A stretch of 64,000 nucleotides of DNA from Macrostomum lignano (GCA_002269645.1 NIVC01002197.1:27726-91725), one strand, 5' to 3'. Counted from the stretch's first letter, positions 1-16,285 are shown. Notes: generated from the letters alone by a model not told the origin. Program-made: numbers and translations.

Positions 1-730
1 AACTTTTATTTTCTAGTGCTTTATAACAAAAGTCGCGCTTTTTCGCTTTTTATCTACTTTTAGTAGCTACCTACTGGCTTTTTTTTAGTTTTTGTTCAAA
101 AAATTTTTGGAAGCTTTTTGCATGACAACTCAATCATATCTAAACCAGTCTGAGCTGCTATAGGCTTGTCTACGCGAGCCGTATTGAGTATTTTCACCCA
201 CACCGTTAGTCTTCTTCCGCGTGGACAAGCTCGCATAAATTATTAATACAATATTTGCCCCCCTCCCCTGCGTGACGTGCCCTGTCCAGATTTTTATCTA
301 CTCTTGCTTTCCCTCTTTTTCTCCTGTGCAGTCTCGGCTTAACTCAGTTGAGTAAAAATATATAATCTGTATAATCTGTGCATAGGCAGTAGATTCCTGT
401 TTTCTATATAATAAGCATGCTATATTTTCTGCTTTTATATTGCCTGTTTTTCTTTGATTTCCTCGGCTTTTGTCACGTAGTATTATAGTTCAGCTTCTGG
501 GTCGAGATTTGCTGCGATTTCGATTGACAAACCGGGGCTTGACATCCGCAGGTTTATTGTTTTTGCTGAAGCAGCCAGCGCTCTGTATCCGTGCGTGTGC
601 TTGTACGCACTTATCGAGATTCACTGTTTGGGCGCGTTCCGTCTGTCTGCCCGTTTGCCTCTCTCTTGATTTTGGAGCTGGAATGCTGGGCTTTTCTTGC
701 ATTTAGAAAACAAATCGCCTTTTTTATTGT

Positions 731-1428
731 CAACTCTGCACCATGAGAATCGCCCTCTCTGCAACATGAGAATCGCCCTCTCTGCAACATGAGAATCGCC
801 CTCTCTGCACCATGAGAATCGCCAACTCTGCAACATGAGAATCGCCCTCTCTGCAACATGAGAATTGCCAACTCTGCAACATGAGAATCGCCCTCTCTGC
901 AACATGAGAATCGCCCTCTCTGCAACATGAGAATTGCCCTCTCTGCAACATGAGAATCGCCCTCTCTGCAACATGAGAATCGCCCTCTCTGCAACATGAG
1001 AATTGCCAACTCTGCAACATGAGAATCGCCCCCTCAGCAACATGAGAATCGCCCTCTCTGCAACATGAGAATCGCCAACTCTGCAACATGAGAATCGCCC
1101 TCTCTGCAACATGAGAATCGCCCTCTCTGCAACATGAGAATCGCCCTCTCTGCAACATGAGAATCGCCCTCTCTGCACCATGAGAATCGCCCTCTCTGCA
1201 ACATGAGAATCGCCCTCTCTGCACCATGAGAATCGCCAACTCTGCAACATGAGAATCGCCCTCTCTGCAACATGAGAATCGCCAACTCTGCAACATGAGA
1301 ATCGCCAACTCTGCAACATGAGAATCGCCCTCTCTGCAACATGAGAATCGCCCCCTCAGCAACATGAGAATCGCCCTCTCTGCAACATGAGAATTGCCCT
1401 CTCTGCAACATGAGAATTGCCCTCTGCA
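731..1428. repeat. 23-bp minisatellite (ctctgcaacatgagaatcgccct)n
   Basis: Direct tandem units visible. Confidence 0.95.
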
Positions 1429-2039
1429 CAGAAAATGTCATAACTATGCGTATGTGTGTCTGCATTACCAATTGGGAAATCAAATCTGTACTGTGCTCAC
1501 TTCTCAAGCCTGTGCAGCCGTCGGTTGCTATTTCCTGGAAATCTGATTCTGGCATCCTTCTTGCACGTTGCTCTGAGTCAGTCTCGCGCGACGGGCAATA
1601 TAAGAAGAATAAAACAAATTCCTAGTTACCAGTGCCATTGCCTTTGATATATCATAATATTCGAATCTATTATAATTTCCAATTATATAAGGATTGTATA
1701 GGAAGCCATGTGACTTGACATGCAAGCAAATCCAGATCTGCTATGACAGGCGACATGCTTCACAGGAAACTGATCATTTATCAACTTTCTTTTCTGGCTT
1801 TCTCCTTTGTTTAGATTTTAGTATTGAAGCGAGTTGAGTTTTTAGTATGGTTCGAATTGATGAGCTGCGGCGTCTCAGGAAGTAACGTTGATAGGCAGCC
1901 AATTTCCAACCTCTGAGCATGAGCACACGCGCTCAAGCAGGGTGCACAATGGTATGAGCTGTACACGCTTTTCGAAAGTTACTCCTCAATATTTTGGCCG
2001 CTTGATGTACTTATTGTTAGAGTAACCGTTGCTTGTTAC

Positions 2040-2600
2040 GGAGTGTGTGAGCACAGGGAGTGTGTGAGCACAGGGAGTTTTTGAGCACAGGGAGGGTGTG
2101 AGCACAGGGAGGGTGTGAGCACAGGGAGTGTGTGAGCACAGGGAGTTTTTGAGCACAGGGAGTGTGTGAGCACAGGGAGACAGAAGAGTCAGGAGGCAGA
2201 AGAGTCAGGAGACAGAAGAGTCAGGAGACAAGAGTCAGGAGACAGAAGAGTCAGGAGACAGAAGTGTCAGAAGACAGAAGAGTCAGGCGACTGAAGAGTC
2301 AGGAGGCAGAAGAGTCAGGAGACAGAAGAGTCAAGCGACTGAAGAGTCAGGAGACAGAAGAGTTAGGGGCAGAAGAGTCAGGAGGCAGAAGAGTCAGGAG
2401 ACAGAAGAGTCAGGCGACTGAAGAGTCAGGAGACAGAAGAGTCAGGGGCAGAAGAGTCAGGAGGCAGAAGAGTCAGGAGACAGAAGAGTCAGGAGACAAG
2501 AGTCAGGAGACAAAAGATTCAGGAGACCGAAGAGTCAGGAGACAGAAGAGTCAGGAGACAGAAGAGTCAGGAGACAGAAGAGTCAGGAGACCGAAGAGTC
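2040..2600. repeat. 17-bp (gagtgtgtgagcacagg)n followed by 16-bp (agagtcaggagacaga)n
   Basis: Two abutting tandem arrays. Confidence 0.95.
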
Positions 2601-3139
2601 ACTATTCTACATCTACTCTTGTCTTCTCTGTTATCCGCAGAAGACAGCGGAAAGCAGACAGTCAGCCGCTAAAAAATGTCGCATGCAATGGTTATGCAGC
2701 ATCCACTCCGACCCTGCCTGTCTTTTCTACAACGCTGCCCCCCCGGTCCTTCCGTTCCGTGTCCGCCAGGAGGAAAATGCTCTTCAGGAAGCGGGTCCCC
2801 TGTCAGCCTGCGCACAGTCGGAAATGGGCATTGAATTGAAGTTCATCAAATTATATGGCCATACGACTTTCTCTTTCAAATCAATCCGCTCTCATCCTAT
2901 AAGTAATTTGGTCAGGATTTGGGAGGCCTTGAGCCTTCCCCAACTTACCCAACTGAGTGAGTGACCAACCCGACTTTTGCAAATTTGTCTGTCACGCAAT
3001 ATCTTTGAACTCCGTCGGAGAGCTGCCTAATTCTCGGAGTTGCTTGGGCATGAGAGATTCGCAAAATGAGATCACAGAAAGGCCTGCGGATGTACTTTTT
3101 GTGTGGAGATTTTTAGTGTCTTCGGAAGCGGGAGATTAT

Positions 3140-3420
3140 AAGGGGAATTCCGGGTCTGCGGTTGGAGATTAGCAAGAGGAATTCCTGCTTTTCAGTGGAA
3201 GACTCTTAAGGGGAATTCCGGTGCTTCAGTTGACGATTCTAGAGAGGAATTTCTGTTCTTCAGAGGGAGATTCTCAAGGGGAATTTCCGTTCTTCAGTGG
3301 GAAATTTTCAAGGGGAATTCCTGGTCTTCAATAGGAGTTCCCCATGGCGAATTCCCTTTCTTCAGTGGGAAATTCTCAAGGGGTATTCCCGTTCTTCAGT
3401 AGGCGATTCTCAAGTGGATT
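3140..3420. repeat. Degenerate ~33-bp repeat (ggaattcc..tcttcagtgggagattctcaag)
   Basis: Recurring gggaattcc / tcttcag motifs. Confidence 0.6.
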
Positions 3421-3624
3421 ATCTGGAGAGGAGTTCCTGCTTCGCAGACTGTGATGTTTAGGACAATTTTCTCGGTGATAAAGGTTTCTGTTTCATGATA
3501 CTTCATGTAAAATTTTTCATTTTGAAAAGAACCTATCGCAGTGGAATTTCAGCTTTACTGCAATTCATAAAGTGCGTCATAAACTGTCTAGCAGCTTCAT
3601 CACCAATGCCTTTATTACCCTTAT

Positions 3625-5303
<1,679 letters not shown>

Positions 5304-5374
5304 GTGCCAATTAGCTAATAACATTATTCACGCTCTAAGACATTTAATTACTCACCAACTTTCCCTATTTGCAG

Positions 5375-5431
5375 CTCAGGCATCCGACAGGTTCTAAAAC
5401 GGCTTCGCAACCCCTTTAGGAAATTTTCAGC
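5375..5431 (+). CDS. Candidate orphan exon (SGIRQVLKRLRNPFRKFS)
   Basis: Acceptor ttccctatttgcag, only one open frame, donor GC|GTGAGT. Confidence 0.25.
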
Positions 5432-5692
5432 GTGAGTTTGCTCAATCGCTTTGACGAAGCCCCCTCCCAGATCCTACTGGCCACTGTCTCAAGCAGCTTT
5501 ACTCAGCCAGCTCATCCCACTCGTTTAGTGTATTCCCAGCGGGCCTGCAAATCTCCCAGCTTCCCTCATTCGCACCCACCAGGATTACCCCGCCCACTCT
5601 CAAGCTCTCACAAGGCTGCTCCAGTCCCGTTGCTCCTTTCAATGCTTCCGCAACTGCCCAGCCGTGGAGTTCCACCTAGATATCTGGAGTTG

Positions 5693-6146
5693 GTCAGTCA
5701 GTCAGTCAGTCAGTCAGTCAGTCAGTCAGTCAGTCAGTCAGTCAGTCAGTCAGTCAGTCAGTCAGTCAGTCAGTCAGTCAGTCAGTCAGTCAGTCAGTCA
5801 GTCAGTCAGTCAGTCAGTCAGTCAGTCAGTCAGTCAGTCAGTCAGTCAGTCAGTCAGTCAGTCAGTCAGTCAGTCAGTCAGTCAGTCAGTCAGTCAGTCA
5901 GTCAGTCAGTCAGTCAGTCAGTCAGTCAGTCAGTCAGTCAGTCAGTCAGTCAGTCAGTCAGTCAGTCAGTCAGTCAGTCAGTCAGTCAGTCAGTCAGTCA
6001 GTCAGTCAGTCAGTCAGTCAGTCAGTCAGTCAGTCAGTCAGTCAGTCAGTCAGTCAGTCAGTCAGTCAGTCAGTCAGTCAGTCAGTCAGTCAGTCAGTCA
6101 GTCAGTCAGTCAGTCAGTCAGTCAGTCAGTCAGTCAGTCAGTCAGT
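5693..6146. repeat. (GTCA)n microsatellite
   Basis: Perfect tetranucleotide run. Confidence 0.99.
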
Positions 6147-6878
6147 TCAGTTTCCATTCCAGGTTATTGCGTTCCAGCTGTCCTTGGCCCTAAGCCCATG
6201 CAAGCAGTTGCCGCAGGAGAAGTGATGAGTAGGTTTCTACAACTGCAACTCCAGACTATACAGAGGGATGATGATGGCGGGAATCTGATGGAGTCTCTGG
6301 GAGGCTGACAGTCCAATTCCCATTGGATGGCTGAGTAGAGCTGAGTAGCCAGGATGAGGGGCATGCAGGACGAGTGTGCGCTGCAGCAGTTGCACCATCC
6401 TTGTCAGCAGTGTCTATCTGGCTCACCTCAATTCCCTTTACACTCCTCCTCGGCGCTCTGGGTAGCAACCACTTCGAGTCCGGGTTGGTTGGGTTGCCAA
6501 CCCACCCCTCCTCTTCTCTCTCTCCCTCTTCCCCACCTCAATTCCAAAATTATGAATCTGCAGCGACCGGACCTGAGCGCCCCCCCCCCACAAGTGCCGC
6601 CTCATTGAAGCTGCTCTCACTCCTCCAGCCTCCTCTTGGTAACTTTTTTCTCTCTTTCTGCGCGAAAGCCACTTATAGCTTGGCTCTCTCTCTCTCTCTC
6701 ACCCTCTCTCTCTCCCTCTCACCCTTTCTCTGGACTTCACTCATCACTTCACCCCAGCCCGTCCCCTCTAGGGACCCATCATCCGCTCTGGTGGTCGCCA
6801 ATTAATGCCCAAAAAACCGGACCCGTGTTGTTGAGATTCTAGCACACCCGTATAACTATATAGAGCCTAGCCGCGCAC

Positions 6879-6963
6879 ATGCCGAACAACTCTGGGAGCA
6901 GCGGCAAGCAGCAGCAGCAGCAGCAGTCCATCAGAGGTGGCGGCTTGCAAAGCAATAAAAAAG
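6879..6963 (+). CDS. Candidate orphan first coding exon (MPNNSGSSGKQQQQQQSIRGGGLQSNKK)
   Basis: ATG 6879, open frame, perfect donor G|GTAAGT at 6964, TATA-like tract at 6851-6863; not linked to a known gene. Confidence 0.35.
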
Positions 6964-7018
6964 GTAAGTTAACAGAAATGATATGATTGACAAAATGCAT
7001 TCAGGTAAACGGCTGAAG

Positions 7019-7470
7019 TAGCTCCAAAATACTCTAGATGGAGCCAAAACACTATAAGTGGCGCCAAAAGACTCTAGATGGAGCCAAAACACTATAAGCG
7101 GCGCCAAAAGACTCTAGATGGAGCCAAAACACTATAAGTGGCGCCAAAAGACTCTAGATGGAGCCAAAACACTATAAGCGGCTCCAAAAGACTCTAGATG
7201 GAGCCAAAACACTATAAGTGGCGCCAAAAGACTCTAGATGGAGCCAAAACACTATAAGTGGCGCCAAAAGACTCTAGATGGAGCCAAAACACTATAAATG
7301 GCGCCAAAAGACTCTAGATGGAGCCAAAACACTATAAGTGGCGCCAAAATACTTCAAATGGCGCAGAAAGATTTTGGATGGCGCCAAAATATTTTAGATG
7401 CCGAAAAGACACTTGAGGTGGCGCCAAAAGACGATAGATGGCGCCAAAATACATTAGATGGCGTTAAACA
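7019..7470. repeat. 40-bp (2x20) minisatellite with tggcgccaaaa core
   Basis: tggcgccaaaagactctagatggagccaaaacactataag units. Confidence 0.9.
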
Positions 7471-8116
7471 CATACTCCCGATAACGATGTTAAAATGTCT
7501 ACTTTTATGTCTTACAGCCTGATGAAGCCACTAAGGAAGGGGCAATGGGAGCAGGAAGAATGAAGGGAAAACAAGAGTTTCGCTACACAAGCCCCGGACT
7601 CAACTAGTGGGCCACCCTTTTTGCTTGAGCTCGTAATTAGCAGGTGATGATAGCCAAGGTGCGTTGCAACCTACAGCTGCTGCAATAGCACTCTGTCTCT
7701 CTACCCCCCATTCAGAAGTGGAAATCAATTGAGTGCAGCCATTAACCCGATAGAACGAGCTTTATGTTGCTTTCATTAGTTCGTTTATTCCCGAATTGAA
7801 GGGCTGGGATGCTGGGAAGAGGATTGGTTTTGCTGTCCTAGTTGTGGGAACTCCTGCATGCTTTCCCCTTGCCCGAGCTCTGATCTCTGGCATCCTCATG
7901 GCACTCTGACTCTCCATATGGTAATCGATTGGCTAGCCTGGGTGCACGGATACTTGATACTCGGATATCTGTGTTATTTTTGCATCTGTCGCTTTTCCTC
8001 TGCGCAGATCCGATATATAGTTTGTTGGCTACATTCGATAAGAAATTGAATGCCTTTTCCAATACACTAGGCGTTGTGATACTGTACTCTCTGTGTGTTG
8101 CACTGCGCTCTTTTGC

Positions 8117-8996
8117 CCCTGACTCTTCTGCCCCTGATTCTTCTGCCTCCTGACTCTTCTGCCTCCTGACTCTTCTGCCTCCTGACTCTTCTGCCCCTGA
8201 CTCTTCTGCCTCCTGACTCTTCTGCCCCTGACTCTTCTGCCTCCTGACTCTTCTGCCTCCTGACTCTTCTGCCTCCTGACTCTTCTGCCCCTGACTCTTC
8301 TGCCCCTGATTTTTCTGCCTCCTGACTCTTCTGTCTCCTGACTCTTCTGCCTCCTGACTCTTCTGCCCCTGGTTCTTCTGCCCCTGATTTTTCTGCCTCC
8401 TGACTCTTCTGTCTCCTGACTCTTCTGTCTCCTGACTCTTCTGTCTCCTGACTCTTCTGCCCCTGACACTTCTGCCTCCTGACTCTTCTGCCTCCTGACT
8501 ATTCTGTCTTCTGACTCTTCTGCCTCCTGACTGTTCTGTCTCCTGACTCTTCTGCCTCCTGACTCTTCTGTCTCCTGACTCTTCTGCCTCCTGACTCTTC
8601 TGCCTCCTGACTATTCTGTCTTCTGACTCTTCTGTCTCCTGACTCTTCTGCCTCCTGACTCTTCTGCCTCCTGACTCTTCTGCCTCCTGACTATTCTGCC
8701 TCCTGACTCTTCTGCCTCCTGACTCTTCTGCCTCCTGACTCTTCTGCCTCCTGACTCTTCTGTCTCCTGACTCTTCTGCCTCCTGACTCTTCTGCCTCCT
8801 GACTATTCTGTCTTCTGACTCTTCTGCCTCCTGACTCTTCTGCCTCCTGACTCTTCTGCCTCCTGACTCTTCTGCCTCCTGACTCTTCTGCCTCCTGACT
8901 CTTCTGCCTCCTGACTCTTCTGCCTCCTGACTCTTCTGCCTCCTGACTCTTCTGCCTCCTGACTCTTCAGTCTCCTGACTCTTCTGTCTCCTGACT
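8117..8996 (-). repeat. 16-bp minisatellite, reverse complement of the 2176-2600 array
   Basis: (tcctgactcttctgcc)n. Confidence 0.95.
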
Positions 8997-9396
8997 TCCA
9001 CAATAAACTTAGTTCCCTTTGCACTTTACCGTACAGTGCAGTACACCGGATGCCATCTATAACAGCTTCTATCGGCTGAATAATGCAAATTACCTTCTAG
9101 TCTACTTGAGAACAAGTCATCAGCTTAGCACTTCAGAGTAACTCTCTTTGAGCCAAAAGGGGGAAGGAGTGAGCGGATGAGAGGCTGGGGACTTTGAGAC
9201 CTCCATCTCGTCAGTAGATTGAAGTGGACAGGACTTCGCCCCCACGGAACATCGCCATGCAAGTGAGTATTCGTTTTTTTTAGTTTTGCACATGCTGAGA
9301 GTGTAGAGGTCGCACGTAGGTACATGTAGTTTGTATGTAGTCCAGCAAAGTTCCGACTTCAGTGTATATTTGAGGCGATTAAACTACTCCTGTCTG

Positions 9397-9843
9397 TAGC
9401 GCCAAAACTTACCTGTCAGTGGCGCCAAAACTTATCTGTGAGTGGCGCTAAAACTTATCTGTGAGTGGCGCCAAAACTTACCTGTCAGTGGCGCCAAAAC
9501 TTATTTGTGAGTGGCGCCAAAACTTATCTGTGAGTGGCGCTAAAACTTATCTGTGAGTGGCGCCAAAACTTACCTGTCAGTGGCGCCAAAACTTTTTTGT
9601 GAGTGGCGCCAAAGCTTACCTGTCAGTGGCGCCAAAGCTTACCTGTCAGTGGCGCCAAAGCTTACCTGTCAGTGGCGCCAAAGCTTACCTGTCAGTGGCG
9701 CCAAAGCTTACCTGTCAGTGGCGCCAAAGCTTACCTGTCAGTGGCGCCAAAGCTTACCTGTCAGTGGCGCCAAAGCTTACCTGTCAGTGGCGCCAAAGCT
9801 TACCTGTCAGTGGCGCCAAAACTTACCTGTCAGTGGCGCTAAA
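9397..9843. repeat. 23-bp minisatellite (gtggcgccaaagcttacctgtca)n
   Basis: Tandem units. Confidence 0.95.
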
Positions 9844-10499
9844 ATAGGTGCACATTTTCTAAAGCGTGATAATTATCTCTCAGAGTATTATAGCTAGCAT
9901 AACAATAAAGTGATGTGGGAGAGCTGAGATTATCGGGAAGAGAGGAAGAGAGAGACAGAGAGTGAATCACTGAGACCGGCTCAGCTGACACGCGCTAAAA
10001 TAGCCTGCAGCGTGTTATCTAGCCCCGGGGCTTAGAGGGATGATAAAAGAGAAGGATAGCAACGGACTTAAACTGCTCTGGGAGAGCAGCTGCGACGAGT
10101 TTATCATTATTATTTCAGGAAGAACTTGGGGGATGCTACAGAGAAAATTCTGCTAATGCATGCAAGTGTGCATGCTAATGCTTGCATGTCTGTCTGTCCG
10201 ATCATAAATTCATCAGTGAAGGCGGTCGCATAAGAAAATATTCAGCTCTGCGGTTTTCGAAAAACTCGAACAAAATCTTTTGAACTCTCAGGCGACTGCT
10301 TTAATTAGCATAATTTTCGGTACATGAGGAACTGCTTTAGGGATTTAGATACTGTTGGTCATCCAGATTCATGACGCAACAACGCTTGAAAAATGCGTAT
10401 GGTTATACTCGTAATTATGATTGGACTCGTGTAAAAAATACCTAAAATTGATCTTCAAGTTGAAAACTTGAAACTTCAAGGGATTTGACACGATATTCC

Positions 10500-11625
10500 T
10501 AGGACTTGACCTGTAGCTTTGGGGGATTTGACATGAAACTCCTGAGACTTGACCTGTAGTTGCGATGGATTTGACATGAAACTCCTGGGACTTGACCTGT
10601 AGTTGTGATGGATTTGACATGAAACTCCTGGGACTTGACCTGTAGTTGTGATGGATTTGACATGAAACTCCTGAGACTTGACCTGTAGTTGTGATGGATT
10701 TGACATGAAACTCCTGGGACTTGACCTGTAGTTGTGATGGATTTGACATGAAACTCCTGAGACTTGACCTGTAGTTGTGATGGATTTGACATGAAACTCC
10801 TGAGACTTGACCTGTGGTTGGGATGGATTTGACATGAAACTCCTGAGACTTGACCTGTAGTTGTGATGGATTTGACATGAAACTCCTGAGACTTGACCTG
10901 TAGTTGTGATGGATTTGACATGAAACTCCTGAGACTTGACCTGTAGTTGGGATGGATTTGACATGAAACTCCGAGACTTGACCTGTAGTTGGGATGGATT
11001 TGACATGAAATTCCTGGGACTTGACCTGTAGTTGTAGTGGATTTGACATGAAACTCCTGAGACTTGACCTGTAGTTGGGATGGATTTGACATGAAACTCC
11101 TGAGACTTGACCTGTAGTTGGGATGGATTTGACATGAAATTCATGGGATTTGACCTGTAGTTGCGATGGATTTGACATGAAACTCCTGAGACTTGACCTG
11201 TAGTTGGGATGGATTTGACATGAAACTCCTGAGACTTGACCTGTAGTTGTGATGGATTTGACATGAAATTCATGGGATTTGACCTGTAGTTGTGATGGAT
11301 TTGACATGAAACTCCTGAGACTTGACCTGTAGTTGGGATGGATTTGACATGAAACTCCTGAGACTTGACCTGTAGTTGTGATGGATTTGACATGAAATTC
11401 CTGGGATTTGACCTGTAGTTGCGATGGATTTGACATGAAACTCCTGAGACTTGACCTGTAGTTGTGATAGATTTGACATGAAACTCCTGGGACTTGACCT
11501 GTAGTTGGGATGGATTTGACATGAAACTCCTGAGACTTGACCTGTAGTTGGGATGGATTTGACATGAAACTCCGAGACTTGACCTGTAGTTGGGATGGAT
11601 TTGACATGAAACTCCGGGACTTGAA
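10500..11625. repeat. 43-bp minisatellite (gacttgacctgtagttgtgatggatttgacatgaaactcctga)n
   Basis: Tandem units. Confidence 0.95.
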
Positions 11626-12363
11626 CTGAATAGCTTTGAGGGTTTTGAGATAGAGTTTAGTCGTTTGTACATGAAATTTCAAAGTTCGACATACATTTTG
11701 AAGGTTGCAATATGAAATTTAACAATAATTCTGCAGATTTTCCCGAAAACATTTGAACGCTGTAAAATAAGGTCTAATGAATTATGTTTCATCAACTCCG
11801 TGCATTAAGTCACACTGCACTGCACTTTGGTATTGTTATAACTAGCTGGGAGAACTGGCGAGTTTTTGCTCAACCACACACGCGGAGGCGGGAGAGACAC
11901 ACGGAGGCTGAGAAAGCACAAAACACTGAGAGCGAGAGGGCCGAGGGATCTGAGGCGAGCGCGGGCTTGGCTAGAGAATAAAAGAAGAAGAGAATTAAGA
12001 GGGCCCTGTGCCGCGGGTTCAGGCAGCTTGGCTGCACTTGCTCCCGTCTCGCCGGTCGATGATGAAGCCGCTTGGGACCGGACCGCAGCTTCCCTTTTTC
12101 CACCGGACTCCCCTCCGCGCCTAGATGAAGCCTCCAGTAGCCAGGCAACCCAGCCTCTCCCCTTGTCTGTGCGCTTTGCTTTGACAAAAATCCGTATTTT
12201 CGATCCCTGATCTGCAATCTCTAACCATTCTCTCTGCTCTCGCTAGTAATTGTCACTGCTGGACCGGGCGCTCTGTGCTCAGTTGCTTCTGCACACTGGC
12301 TGTTCCCACACTGCCTATCCATGCTGCCTGTCTATCTGTCCACACTGCCTATCCATGCTGCCT

Positions 12364-13158
<795 letters not shown>

Positions 13159-13952
13159 ATTTCATATAATCTCATCTATCATATTTCAAGCCATTTCTGC
13201 AGAGTCAGTTAGTTGTCAGTTTCCAGTAATAGCAGATTTTATCCATTTCTTTTTATCCATTCATAATGGATCGTCGACCTGCATATTAAAGCATCTTTAT
13301 GCATCTCAGATCAAAGGAACCTAATTAGCAGTCTGTTGCTTTGCCTTCCGGGGAACAGCAGCTGCGCACCCATCTCTGTTTCCGAGGCTGTTGGTTATTT
13401 TTGCCAACTAAATTGTTATGTTCAATTTCACTGGCATCGTCAAGCGGCAGTCTTCACTTTTAAAGGAAGTCAAATAGAGTTGATAGTCTTGAAGTGAAGT
13501 ATTAGCTAATATTTTTAGTATAATGGATTATAATAGTGCGAGTGTAGTGCATTTGTGCTGCTTGTTAGAATAAATACTGCATACACACAGCTTCCTACTA
13601 TTATTAGTAAAAATCTGTTATTATGAGTTATTGTCATTAAATGATTTAAATTACAGGATAAACAACAAATATTAGGTTTAAGGCTAATCACAAAGAATCC
13701 TGGAAATTCCCCATTCTCTAACTTTCCATTCCCGAAAATTACCCATCCTAAAAATTCCCATCCACAGAATCCACGAAATTCCCCATCCCAATAAAAAAAT
13801 TTCTTTGCAGAAATTCCCCATTCCTAAAGTGCCATATTCTTGAAATTCATAAAGCTTTCCAAATTCTGAAAATCGATGTTTTAATTTTTTTCAACGTTAT
13901 CCAAAATTTTGTTATTATGAATTACTACCATAGGTAATTATTATTTCTACAG

Positions 13953-14207
13953 CAGGACTCAAATGCCTTATTGGACCATTACAGAGGCAGCTGAGCCTGG
14001 CCTGAGGTCAGCAGGAAGCTCTCCTGCTCACGCGCAGTCGAGCAGCAGCAGCGGTGGCGGCGGCGCCAGCAGGAACTGCCTGACAGTCAGACGAGGCACC
14101 TTGCTGAGGATGGCCAGCGCCGACTATCCGCCAAGCTCGTCAGCTGAGGCTGCGGCGGCTTCAGCGGTGCTGCACTCGGCAACCAGGGCCAGGAGCTTGA
14201 GGCATCA
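13953..14207 (+). CDS. Candidate orphan low-complexity exon (Ser/Gly/Ala-rich), possible alternative copine N-terminus
   Basis: Acceptor ttatttctacag at 13952, GC-rich open frame, donor CA|GTGAGT at 14208. Confidence 0.35.
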
Positions 14208-14235
14208 GTGAGTCAAAGATGCTATGAACTTTTGG

Positions 14236-15118
14236 CGGTGACATCGGACAAGATTAGTGAGTGCAGGGGCGGTGACATCAAAGGACTTTTTAGATTAGTA
14301 AGTGACGGTGACATCAAAGGATTCTTTAGATTAGTGAGTGGCGGTTACATCAAACGATTCTTAAATTGGTAAGTGACGGTGACATCAAAAGATTCTTTAG
14401 ATTAGTAAGTGACGGTGACATCAAAAGATTCTTTAGATTAGTAAGTGACGGTGACATCAAAAGATTCTTTAGATTAGTAAGTGACGGTGACATCAAACGA
14501 TTCTTTAGATTAGTAAGTGACGGTGACATCAAAGGATTCTTTAGATTAGTAAGTGGCGGTGACATCAAAAGATTCTTTAGATTAGTAAGTGGCGGTGACA
14601 TCAAAAGATTCTTTAGATTAGTAAGTGACGGTGACATCAAAGGATTCTTTAGATTAGTAAGTGGCGGTGACATCAAACGATTCTTTAGATTAGTAAGTGG
14701 CGGTGACATCAAAGGATTCTATAGATTAGTAAGTGGCGGTGACATCAAAGGATTCTTTAGATTAGTAAGTGGCGGTGACATCAAACGATTCTTAAATTAG
14801 TAAGTGGCGGTGACATCAAAGGATTCTTTAGATTAGTAAGTGGCGGTGACATCAAACGATTCTTAAATTAGTAAGTGGCGGTGACATCAAACGATTCTAT
14901 AGATTAGTAAGTGGCGGTGACATCAAAGGATTCTTTAGATTAGTAAGTGGCGGTGACATCAAACGATTCTATAGATTAGTAAGTGGCGGTGACATCAAAA
15001 GATTCTTTAGATTAGTAAGTGGCGGTGACATCAAAGGATTCTTTAGATTAGTAAGTGGCGGTGACATCAAAGGATTCTTTAAATTAGTAAGTGACGGTGA
15101 CATCAAAGAATTCTTAAA
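14236..15118. repeat. 36-bp minisatellite (ggtgacatcaaaagattctttagattagtaagtgrc)n
   Basis: Tandem units, each containing GTAAGT. Confidence 0.95.
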
Positions 15119-15611
15119 TACATAGGACCCTCTAGCAGATTTAGTTTATCCATGAAGTCGCATCGAAATCTATTGTCTATTTTGTGTGAACCAAAACATG
15201 CAATCCATGTTTTTCTCCCCTAAAGCTTTTACCTGCCACCGCTTGGCCGCCACTGTCGCCGCTGCAGCCTACTGAGTTTTGCATGGTAGTAGCAATAATA
15301 GAATATTGAATTCCAAATTTAACAAAACAACAAACTAATAAAAATTGCCTTTGTAAGTACTGAGTTTTTTTTCGGAAAATCGTGTGCAAAATTTTTATCG
15401 ATTTAATCGACTAAAATCCGCAAAAAAATTCGATCATTTTTAATCAACTCGTAGTTGAAGGTTCTCAGTTTGGGTATAGTTTTTTGAATTATAAATTGTT
15501 ACATTTATGACAGAGTTTTATTGCCAACTGCTTTCTATGCCATGCTCTAAAGAAAAAATATTTTTAAAAGAATTCAGGCAATTCTTTGGTAAAAATTCGC
15601 GAAAATTTGAA

Positions 15612-16285
15612 GGGAGAGGAAAGAGAAAGGAGACAGGGAGAGAGGGAGAGAGGGGATAGAGGCAGGGAGAGAGGAAGGGAGAGTGAGAGAGGAAGAGAGA
15701 GTGAGAGAGGAAGAGAGAGGGAAAGAGGGAGAGATGGAGGGAGAGGGAGAGGGAGAGAAGGAGGGAGAAGGAGAGTGAGGGAGAGGGGTGGAGAGAGGGA
15801 GAGGAAGAGGGAGATATGAAGGCAGAGAGAAAGGGAGAGTGAGAAAGGGAAATAGGAAGGGAGATGGAGAGAGAGGGAGAGAGGTGGAGAAAGGGAGAGG
15901 AAGAGGGAGATATGAAGGCAGAGAGAAAGGGAGAGTGAGAAAGGGAAATAGGAAGGGAGATGGAGAGAGAGGGAGAGGGGTGGAGAAAGGGAGAGGAAGA
16001 GGGAGATATGAAGGCAGAGAGAAAGGGAGAGTGAGAAAGGGAAATAGGAAGGGAGATGGAGAGAGAGGGAGAGGGGTGGAGAGAGGGAGAGAGAGGGAGA
16101 GAGAGGGAGAGGGAGAGAGGAAGGCAGAGAGAAAGGGAGAGTGAGAAAGGGAAATAGGAAGGGAGATGGAGAGAGAGGGAGAGAGGTGGAGAGAGGAAGA
16201 GAGAGGGGGATTTGAAGACAGAGAGAAAGGGAGAGTGAGAAAGGGAAATAGGAAGGGAGATGGAGAGAGAGGGAGAGAGGCGGAG
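15612..16285. repeat. GA-rich polypurine tract with ~70-bp higher-order repeat
   Basis: Recurring gagagtgagaaagggaaataggaagggagatgg. Confidence 0.85.

Noticed and set aside
7838-8100. NKLYIGSAQ as a dual-specificity phosphatase motif
   Set aside because: No CX5R or other supporting motifs follow before the stop.
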